64,000 nt of DNA from a virus. A program made the translations under genes and the position numbers. How positions within the stretch are numbered: the stretch's first letter is position 1; every line of letters starts with the position of its first letter. Shown here in pieces: positions 57,732 to 64,000 of the stretch. Below the pieces are notes generated by a model that saw only the letters and a list, made by a program, of their open reading frames with translations, made no database searches and was not told the origin of the DNA. The DNA lies in IMG/VR virus record IMGVR_UViG_3300033145_001746, positions 34,857-98,856 of that record. One strand, written 5' to 3'.

Positions 57732-58612
57732 TTACCCCATTTATATATAACGTTATATCCATCTTGTTCTAGTATGTTAATTCTTTCCATGGTATCTTCA
57801 TATAGATCACCAAATCTTTTTTTATTTTTTGGATTTATATCATCTGGATCATATTTATCGGGATTTCCATGCCAAAAACTTCCTAAATATTCATATATGG
57901 TATTGGTAGTAGGATCATAGCCGTCAACGACAAAGGTTCTATCCTTGTTTTTAATAATGAAACCATATTCCAAAGATTCTATATTTAATGTTTGTAGCCA
58001 TATTTTCTCGACTCTAGAAGAATTAGAATAAGCACACCTAGGACAACCATTTCCTTGGATATGAGAATTTGGTTCTTGGACAAAAACTCCGTGTTTTGGA
58101 CAAACGATTTTGATTTTTTTATGAGCATTGCGATATTCTACAAGGGAATAATCATATTTATCGCCATGTTTTATAATAGCCCTATTAACAAAGTCTCCTT
58201 TAGTTGATCTAAACAACATTGATAATTTGTCCGGCACACAATAACGACAACCTTTTCCGTTTAAATGGTGTACTGGTGTTTGCCGAAAAACTCCGTGTTT
58301 TGGACAAATAATTTCTATCTTGGTTTTGCTATTTTTATATGTAACTTTAGAATAATCGTATTTATATCCGTGTACTTCAGTAGCCCTCATAATAAATGAC
58401 TTTTTTGTAGACTTATCACGACCTCCACATTTTATACATCCCTTGCCACATAAGTGAGAATCTGGAACTTGTATAAATATTCCATGAATAGGGCAAATGA
58501 TTTCTATCTTGGTTTTGCTATTTTTATATGTAACTTTAGAATAATCGTATTTGTATCTATGTAAAATGTGTGCACGATTAATAAATATCTCAGTTGTTAA
58601 CTTTTTAGGCAT
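57728..58612 (-). CDS. Putative homing endonuclease: DUF723-like repeats + Vsr-like domain (family B catalytic domain)
   Basis: Three YDYS.V.Y.N...KI.I.CP.HG.F.Q.P..H..G.GC..C repeats, then VDGYD...IYEYLGSFWHGNP. Confidence 0.75.
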   Translation of the reverse strand: MPKKLTTEIFINRAHILHRYKYDYSKVTYKNSKTKIEIICPIHGIFIQVPDSHLCGKGCIKCGGRDKSTKKSFIMRATEVHGYKYDYSKVTYKNSKTKIEIICPKHGVFRQTPVHHLNGKGCRYCVPDKLSMLFRSTKGDFVNRAIIKHGDKYDYSLVEYRNAHKKIKIVCPKHGVFVQEPNSHIQGNGCPRCAYSNSSRVEKIWLQTLNIESLEYGFIIKNKDRTFVVDGYDPTTNTIYEYLGSFWHGNPDKYDPDDINPKNKKRFGDLYEDTMERINILEQDGYNVIYKWGK

Positions 58613-58777
58613 TCATTGGTCACCCGAATTATCCTCATCCGTTGGCGGAAGGTCTTCATAGATACAGTAGTCGCCATTAAGCCAATGATACAAGTCCACA
58701 TCTTTACAAAGACGAGAGCAAAACGGGAAGTGCTTAGAGTTATCATCCCTGTCGGCCTTACAAATTGGGCACTTCAT
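58613..58777 (-). CDS. yacG: YacG-like DNA gyrase inhibitor (54 aa; not in the ORF track)
   Basis: MKCPICKADRDDNSKHFPFCSRLCKDVDLYHWLNGDYCIYEDLPPTDEDNSGDQ*. It has CPxC-x13-C-x3-C spacing with PFCSxxC and DLxxW, then an acidic tail. TAATG-coupled to the upstream gene with GAGGAG upstream; its stop abuts the next ATG. Confidence 0.88.
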   Translation of the reverse strand: MKCPICKADRDDNSKHFPFCSRLCKDVDLYHWLNGDYCIYEDLPPTDEDNSGDQ

Positions 58778-59169
58778 TACTGCTCCTCATTAAACTTTTT
58801 CAACATATTTTCAACTTGCGACTGTTTAAGAAAAACAATTTCTCCGCCATTTGGTCCTGTCTCGAAAGAAGCGATAAAATATTTTTCTAACATATGCTTA
58901 ATAACACAATATAGGTCGTAATCATATCCGTGCCATCGACCGCCACCTGGCAGAGTCTCAAGCACCTCTTTTCTCATTTTATCGATGGAGATCTCTTTAT
59001 TATTTGATGTTAAATATTTTTTAGAAATATGTTTCGGGCCTAATTCGCCTATTTTAATAAGGGCTGTAATACTATCTTTAGCAGCCTTATCAACATCAAG
59101 ATTTCGTGGTATCACAGCAACAAACGAACTACTTGAACTGTTACTTACAAATCCATTTCTTATTTTCAT
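58777..59169 (-). CDS. MKIRxGFVSNSSSSS-leader protein 1
   Basis: N-terminus MKIRNGFVSNSSSSSF. Confidence 0.75.
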   Translation of the reverse strand: MKIRNGFVSNSSSSSFVAVIPRNLDVDKAAKDSITALIKIGELGPKHISKKYLTSNNKEISIDKMRKEVLETLPGGGRWHGYDYDLYCVIKHMLEKYFIASFETGPNGGEIVFLKQSQVENMLKKFNEEQ

Positions 59170-59177
59170 TTTTATTC

Positions 59178-59375
59178 CTATCCAAATATTAGTTTAATTA
59201 ATTTTTTTGCCGTTTCGTTTCTAGTGTTATAATCATCGAATGGAGAGCCATGTTTGTCATATAACAACATTGCTATGTTACAAATATACACCCATTTCAA
59301 ATCAGGATCCGCGTCAAATTTATCCTTCATAATTTTTCGCGCATTCGAGAACACATTACTATTGAGAATTTTCAT
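59178..59375 (-). CDS. Small hypothetical protein
   Basis: Start MKILNS overlapping the rnhB stop, with GGAGGGAG upstream. Confidence 0.6.
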   Translation of the reverse strand: MKILNSNVFSNARKIMKDKFDADPDLKWVYICNIAMLLYDKHGSPFDDYNTRNETAKKLIKLIFG

Positions 59376-60118
59376 TCTCCCTCCTTGAAACCAAATGGAA
59401 TCTGTTTCCACTTATTCTTTTTCGCTTCCTTCCAAAGAACATAGTCAGATTTCGCTGACGCCGCTGATCGTATGGCTTCTGAGGCGAAATAGTCCTGTGC
59501 TGTCTTACCATTCTTTACCATCATTAAGTATTCTTTATGACGGGACAGGCAGTATTTGAAATACTCAAACTTGTTCCTGTGAAGATCAGTGGGTCCATGA
59601 AGTATAACTCCATTACGATGCTTGGGGGAATAATATCCAGCATTATTCTCCCAGTCATAATGGCTATACTTATCCTGCTTGGTTAAGTCGGCCATCATAG
59701 TGTCTCGTTTAACTTTAGCTAGAATTGAAGCCGCTCCTACTTGCCAGAACTTAGCATCAGCTTTAATGACAGCTTCTTGCGGTATGTCTAGGTCTGGGAT
59801 CTCGAATTTACCATCTACTATAACTTTCGAAACTTGAACACCATTAGCAACAAGTTCTTCTACCGCACGCTTCATCGCCTCATACTTGCTCCAATGAATA
59901 TTGATTTCCTCTATTCTCTCTACAGATGATGTTGCGAAAGCATGAGGCAATATTCTTGAGAGTGTAGGGAAAAGAGAATTTCTTTTCTTTTTGCTTAGCT
60001 GCTTGGAATCATTAACACCTTCTATTTTGTTCTGACCCTTTTCCACGGCAACCGCACATACTAGGACTGGTCCTGCTATGGACGCACAACCTACTTCGTC
60101 AACATATACTTTACTCAT
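59372..60118 (-). CDS. rnhB: Ribonuclease HII
   Basis: VDEVG...AGPV, DSKQLS, IVDG, KADAK...AASILAKVKRD, NAGY. Confidence 0.93.
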   Translation of the reverse strand: MSKVYVDEVGCASIAGPVLVCAVAVEKGQNKIEGVNDSKQLSKKKRNSLFPTLSRILPHAFATSSVERIEEINIHWSKYEAMKRAVEELVANGVQVSKVIVDGKFEIPDLDIPQEAVIKADAKFWQVGAASILAKVKRDTMMADLTKQDKYSHYDWENNAGYYSPKHRNGVILHGPTDLHRNKFEYFKYCLSRHKEYLMMVKNGKTAQDYFASEAIRSAASAKSDYVLWKEAKKNKWKQIPFGFKEGE

Positions 60119-60731
60119 CTAAAAATTCTCCTATCTTCTCTATAATTTTATCTTTACTAGACGCATCTCCGAGCATATTGTCTGCCCACGGTCTTCCGGC
60201 ATGTAAAACATCCCAATCTGGCTTCGCTTGATAAAATCGAGTTCTCCCTACATGATGGTTTCCAAACCCATCTATAACACAGTTCCAAAGAGGCTTATGT
60301 TGTCTGATAAGTGCTGCCTCCACTGAGGAAACCAAATCACCATCTAGAATCATGTACTGATATTTAAAATCATTGGGATCTAAATTTTGTGCTTGTGCTA
60401 TACTATTAGCATGTTCCTTAATTCGTTTCCATAAGTTGTAAGATTCTTTGGTTGACTTCCTTCCCTTTCGCCACCCGCTGGGCACAGCTTTGCCCACATA
60501 CATAGGTTTCGTAGAAAAATCTATGTCATGCTTTTTCTCTAAGTTTTTATACAATTCCAATTCGCCTATGTAGTAGAGAACATAGACTCCACAGCCTGAA
60601 AACTTGGATCTAATTGGTAAAGAATAGGTGGGGCTTTTCTCCAAAAAGCTGATAGCTTTTCCTACAACTTTTTGGAATTTGTTAGAAGGAAATCTGTGAG
60701 AATCTCTTTTAAAAAAAGAGAATAGACTCAT
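60111..60731 (-). CDS. Eco29kI-family GIY-YIG restriction-type endonuclease
   Basis: GVYVLYY...PMYVGKAVP.G.RKG, RI.EH, EAALI...PLWN..IDGFGNH..G, WD.LH.GR.WA. Confidence 0.85.
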   Translation of the reverse strand: MSLFSFFKRDSHRFPSNKFQKVVGKAISFLEKSPTYSLPIRSKFSGCGVYVLYYIGELELYKNLEKKHDIDFSTKPMYVGKAVPSGWRKGRKSTKESYNLWKRIKEHANSIAQAQNLDPNDFKYQYMILDGDLVSSVEAALIRQHKPLWNCVIDGFGNHHVGRTRFYQAKPDWDVLHAGRPWADNMLGDASSKDKIIEKIGEFLDE

Positions 60732-60752
60732 TTACACCTCTATCGGTATTTC

Positions 60753-60968
60753 TTAGACTCCGCAGGCAGGCGTTTCTCTGCCTCTATTATCATACGGTCC
60801 TCTCGGATCTCGTGATCCTCCAGAAAATGTGAAGTCAAATTCTAGCTTCCCTTCTTCTAGAAGGCGCAAGAACTTTTCCCAGTTTTCATCAATAACATCA
60901 GCCGCTTCGTGATTTCCTTCTTCATCGAGTCGATCTGCGAAAGCGACCAGTAAATGTCGATTTTTCAT
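60753..60968 (-). CDS. Small protein consisting mostly of the LDxxG module
   Basis: MKNRHLLVAFADRLDEEGNHEAADVIDENWEKF...; SD GGAGGA; promoter motif 29 nt upstream. Confidence 0.7.
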   Translation of the reverse strand: MKNRHLLVAFADRLDEEGNHEAADVIDENWEKFLRLLEEGKLEFDFTFSGGSRDPRGPYDNRGRETPACGV

Positions 60969-60996
60969 AATGTATTCCTCCACTTATATCCATAAT

Positions 60997-61005
60997 TATT
61001 AATAG
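60997..61005 (-). promoter_or_regulatory. Candidate late promoter CTATTAATA
   Basis: Same motif as at 17238, 27022 and 53713. Confidence 0.5.
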
Positions 61006-61008
61006 TAA

Positions 61009-61070
61009 TGCCTCCCGCCCCAATTGGTCAAGCTACAGCACTTAGGAGGTACTATTTGGGGCGGGAGGCA
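61009..61070. other. 15-bp GC-rich inverted repeat with an anti-SD-like loop on the coding strand
   Basis: TGCCTCCCGCCCCAA...TTGGGGCGGGAGGCA; the minus-strand loop contains ACCTCCT. Confidence 0.7.
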
Positions 61071-61076
61071 AAGCGT

Positions 61077-61309
61077 TCACATAAATTTTTTCATATATTC
61101 CTTAAACTCTTCTTTGTTGTATTTATCACTCTTAATTAAATTTTCTTCTTTTTTAAGCCATTGATGGTTTTCTGGAGCAAAAGCGACTTCTATATGTTTG
61201 GGATTTGTAAGATTAAAGACATACTGGAATAATATGATCTATATGGTAATCTTTAAATCGTCCAAGACATACTCCAATATAATTAGAAATTTTTTGATAA
61301 TCTATATTA
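61077..61309 (-). pseudogene. Truncated, frameshifted family A HNH remnant (copy 5)
   Basis: NIDYQKISNYIGVCLGRFKDYHIDHIIPV / frameshift / FNLTNPKHIEVAFAPENHQWLKKEENLIKSDKYNKEEF...*. Confidence 0.8.
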
Positions 61310-61756
61310 TTGATAGATTTTATCTTTAAACTCTTTATAATTTGTAAATTCTTCTGAAATAGATTTCAAAACATCTTCTTTCAGAAAACCCATTTTCCAG
61401 CGATAATACGCTAATTCATCTTCTTTAGATAATTTTTTGAAGGAACAGATAGGACAATATTCTTCTGGTATTTCATATCTACCTTCATCACGGGCCTCGT
61501 CTTTAATGTCATAGTCATATCCATGATCGTTTTCTACATCACCATATTTTTCAATATATTCTTTAATATACTCTTCAAAAAATGGCTCTAGGTTGGGATT
61601 ATCGGCACAGTCGTCATGTATATAGTGGCCATTTTTACATTGCCACATTTCACACTCTCTCAATGATATATCTCTTCCAGCTTCTATACATCCACAGGCA
61701 GAGCATATAAAAGAAGAGGTACTACTATTGCTCACAAAACCTGTTCTTATTTTCAT
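61307..61756 (-). CDS. MKIRxGFVSNSSSSS-leader protein 2 (Cys-rich)
   Basis: MKIRTGFVSNSSTSSFICSACG...CKNGH...CPIC. Confidence 0.75.
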   Translation of the reverse strand: MKIRTGFVSNSSTSSFICSACGCIEAGRDISLRECEMWQCKNGHYIHDDCADNPNLEPFFEEYIKEYIEKYGDVENDHGYDYDIKDEARDEGRYEIPEEYCPICSFKKLSKEDELAYYRWKMGFLKEDVLKSISEEFTNYKEFKDKIYQ

Positions 61757-62235
61757 TAGTCTCCCTCAATTATTTCAATGGCACCAATTTTCAGGGCGCG
61801 CTGGAAAATGGTGTTGGCCGCTTCATCATGATATCCAACTTCAATTCCAATAACTGTTCCTTCTACGGCAGCTATTTTATCTCTACGATTGCGAACATCT
61901 TGTAAATTTGTATGGGCATATACAAGATGTTCTTTAACTGTAGTTGTACTATCCCAGAAACGATTGCTTTCTGGAACCTCATTCGGTTCCATTTGCGCAT
62001 AGTCCTTTATTTCTTTTTCATAGCGCCGTATTTGAGAATCTATGTCGCCTAGAATATTTTCTTTAGAACTATACTGTAGGCTGGTATCACCACAAGCATC
62101 GGAAGTCATACTAAAATAGTCTTCTATATCTAGATCACTACGACCACAATGTGGACAAACATCATTTTTATCACGAACGCAAATTATATAACTACTTGAG
62201 CTACTATTACTTACAAACCCAGCTCTAATTTTCAT
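61756..62235 (-). CDS. MKIRxGFVSNSSSSS-leader protein 3
   Basis: MKIRAGFVSNSSSSSYII...CPHCG. Confidence 0.75.
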   Translation of the reverse strand: MKIRAGFVSNSSSSSYIICVRDKNDVCPHCGRSDLDIEDYFSMTSDACGDTSLQYSSKENILGDIDSQIRRYEKEIKDYAQMEPNEVPESNRFWDSTTTVKEHLVYAHTNLQDVRNRRDKIAAVEGTVIGIEVGYHDEAANTIFQRALKIGAIEIIEGD

Positions 62236-62446
62236 TATCTTCCTTTCTAAGTATTACATAACACACAAACTCGTTATTTACATTTAGTGTCAAACAATTC
62301 CCTGACTGTAGTGCTTCTAAGTTTGTTGTTGTAATTTCATGAGTTTCAGTCGCCCAAAGCCAATTATACTCGCGCTCTTTTGTATGTTCTTCTCCATCTA
62401 TTATGGGGAAGAAATCTTTTCTTAGTATAATCCGTTTCTTGTCCAT
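62225..62446 (-). CDS. Small hypothetical protein
   Basis: ORF in operon. Confidence 0.6.
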   Translation of the reverse strand: MDKKRIILRKDFFPIIDGEEHTKEREYNWLWATETHEITTTNLEALQSGNCLTLNVNNEFVCYVILRKEDNEN

Positions 62447-62449
62447 TAT

Positions 62450-62893
62450 TTAAATTCCTGTAGAACCAAAGCCGTCATCTCCGCGATCTGTATTATCTAG
62501 CTGACTTACCACCGAGATAGTGGCTTTGGCAACTGGTGTCAAAACAATCTGTGCTATTCTGTCGCCATGATTTACGGTAAACACCTGGGCACCAAAATTA
62601 ACTAGAATGACTCCAAGTAACCCTGTGTAATCGTTATCTATTGTCCCAGGAGAATTCAATACCGTTACACATTTTTTAAGGGCTAGACCAGATCTTGGAC
62701 GCACTTGAAGTTCAAACCCTTCTGGAACTCCAACTCGTAAACCAGTATCTATAAGTTTATGACAGCCTGGATAAATCTTTTCAGATTCATCTAAACACGC
62801 AGCTATATCCATTCCTACTGCTCCAGAAGTTTCATATTTAGGAACTTTTGCTTTCGAGTTTGCTTTTTGAATTTTTAACACTGGATTTAACAT
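62450..62893 (-). CDS. dut: Trimeric dUTPase
   Basis: GMDI, RPRSGLA, NSPGTID.DY.G, GDRIAQ, RG..GFGSTG. Confidence 0.97.
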   Translation of the reverse strand: MLNPVLKIQKANSKAKVPKYETSGAVGMDIAACLDESEKIYPGCHKLIDTGLRVGVPEGFELQVRPRSGLALKKCVTVLNSPGTIDNDYTGLLGVILVNFGAQVFTVNHGDRIAQIVLTPVAKATISVVSQLDNTDRGDDGFGSTGI

Positions 62894-62905
62894 AATATCA
62901 CCACA

Positions 62906-63322
62906 TTAACTAACGCTGGAAGCAAAATTTCTGGCGGCTTGTTTTGCTTGGTCTATTACTTGTATTGTAACACTACCATGTTTTGTATAGGGAGTGCTAG
63001 TATCACTTGTAAAACGTTCTTCAAACAACTTATCACCAAGCCCAAAACCACATATGGCTCGATGTGACCAGCCATAATATTTTTGGTCTTTTTCACAAAA
63101 CCCGATAGAACATACGCAGTGTTCTGGTTGGCTCTTTTCAGGCTTAATTCCACGTTTCCTGACTATATAGTTGGCCATTCTAGAGTCTCCTATATAATCT
63201 CCTTCTGGAGTATAATATGCTTTTATCTTTGTTGGCTCATCATCTTCATTTTGACGCCATAATTCTGTTCTAATTTCGTATCCTATCTTATATTTCCTTA
63301 TATTTACAATCTCTTTAAGCAT
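62906..63322 (-). CDS. Conserved-looking phage hypothetical protein
   Basis: IGF...QKYYGWSHRA..GF..GD motif; no function recognised. Confidence 0.65.
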   Translation of the reverse strand: MLKEIVNIRKYKIGYEIRTELWRQNEDDEPTKIKAYYTPEGDYIGDSRMANYIVRKRGIKPEKSQPEHCVCSIGFCEKDQKYYGWSHRAICGFGLGDKLFEERFTSDTSTPYTKHGSVTIQVIDQAKQAARNFASSVS

Positions 63323-63977
63323 GATTTTTGTCTCCTCTTGTTATATAAATCATATTGTGGCATTGATGAAAATCAATATTATGACATTGTACAACTACAG
63401 AATCGTATGGCCATGATAACGAAAAGGGCTTATGTTTTACTTCCATCCACTTTCCATAATGATATCGCACAGCGTTTAAAATCGTCCCCACATCTCTCGC
63501 TGAAATGCCGCAAATGTCTTCTGCTGCCGACATAACATTAAATTCCTGGACAAGTATAAGTAGCTGCCTATATCCTATTTCTGGATGCTCGGATGTAGTT
63601 TTAAAAGCACCCAGCAAATCTTGATCAATATGCTTTTCGTCTATCATTTCTTGTGTTATTTTATATTCTTGACCTTCTACCCCACACCTCCAACCATCGT
63701 GAAGAATAATGGCAGATATTAGTTGATCTTTTTGTCTTTGAGCCCAATGCTTTTCAAACTGATGATCACATACTTGTCTAGACATATATAGACAAGCAAC
63801 AACATGATCTAGTAGGCTTTCGCCAGCTCCGTGAGTAAGTCTGGTTGTAGAAGCTGGTAGTGTCCAAAAATATTCAGGTAGCCTTACTAAAGCGAATTCG
63901 GTAAACCTTCTAATAGGCTTACTCTTTATTCTTTCCAAATGTGCTTGAAAAATCGCAATTTTGTCCTCATCAACCAT
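63315..63977 (-). CDS. HD-domain phosphohydrolase
   Basis: PAS...LLDH, AIILHD, EHP, YHYG, ID. Confidence 0.75.
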   Translation of the reverse strand: MVDEDKIAIFQAHLERIKSKPIRRFTEFALVRLPEYFWTLPASTTRLTHGAGESLLDHVVACLYMSRQVCDHQFEKHWAQRQKDQLISAIILHDGWRCGVEGQEYKITQEMIDEKHIDQDLLGAFKTTSEHPEIGYRQLLILVQEFNVMSAAEDICGISARDVGTILNAVRYHYGKWMEVKHKPFSLSWPYDSVVVQCHNIDFHQCHNMIYITRGDKNHA

Positions 63978-64000
63978 AAATTCTTCTGCCTCGTGTCCAA

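Noticed and set aside
20481-60118. Bacterial chromosome origin (recA, dnaJ, dnaE, tig, ftsK, iscS, gyrB, rnhB)
   Set aside because: The genes are divergent, lack their usual bacterial operon neighbours, are single-stranded in orientation, and are interleaved with terminase, dNMP kinase, phage-type SSB and many homing endonucleases.
29-63535. Numerous + strand ORFs in the track (including 37559-38398, 279 aa, and 58616-58921)
   Set aside because: They are antisense shadows of well-supported minus-strand genes, with no motifs or SD context. 58616-58921 overlaps the real yacG-like gene.
1-64000. Alternative genetic code (stop-codon reassignment, seen in some jumbo phages)
   Set aside because: Conserved genes are full length in code 11, and TAA, TAG and TGA all end genes at sensible, tightly packed positions.

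Overview
This is a 64-kb segment of a large (jumbo-type) tailed dsDNA phage genome. It is AT-rich and read in the standard code. Essentially all real genes are on the minus strand and tightly packed; the + strand ORFs are shadows. Positions 1-17.2 kb form a head/packaging cluster: an intein-containing probable portal (partial), the terminase large subunit, several putative internal head proteins sharing a short helical motif, and a CCA-type nucleotidyltransferase. Positions 17.5-64 kb are a replication, recombination and host-takeover region: split primase, RecA, DnaJ, RuvC-like resolvase, SSB, DnaE with two inteins, trigger factor, sigma factors, SbcCD, FtsK motor, IscS, GyrB with an Ssp-GyrB-like intein, RNase HII, an Eco29kI-like nuclease and dUTPase. 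The region is heavily invaded by homing endonucleases (about 11 intact free-standing genes, 3 remnants, 4 inteins). The best candidates for undescribed biology are: (1) a 54-aa YacG-like DNA gyrase inhibitor, missed by the ORF track, just upstream of the phage's own gyrB; (2) a shared LxxxAxxLDxxGxxxxAxxxD module plus K-x-A sites across putative virion proteins, with a candidate late promoter CTA[CT]TAATA; (3) three otherwise unrelated proteins with a near-identical N-terminal MKIRxGFVSNSS(S/T)SS leader. No tRNA, rRNA or CRISPR array was seen. All family calls come from motif recognition by eye, not from database searches.
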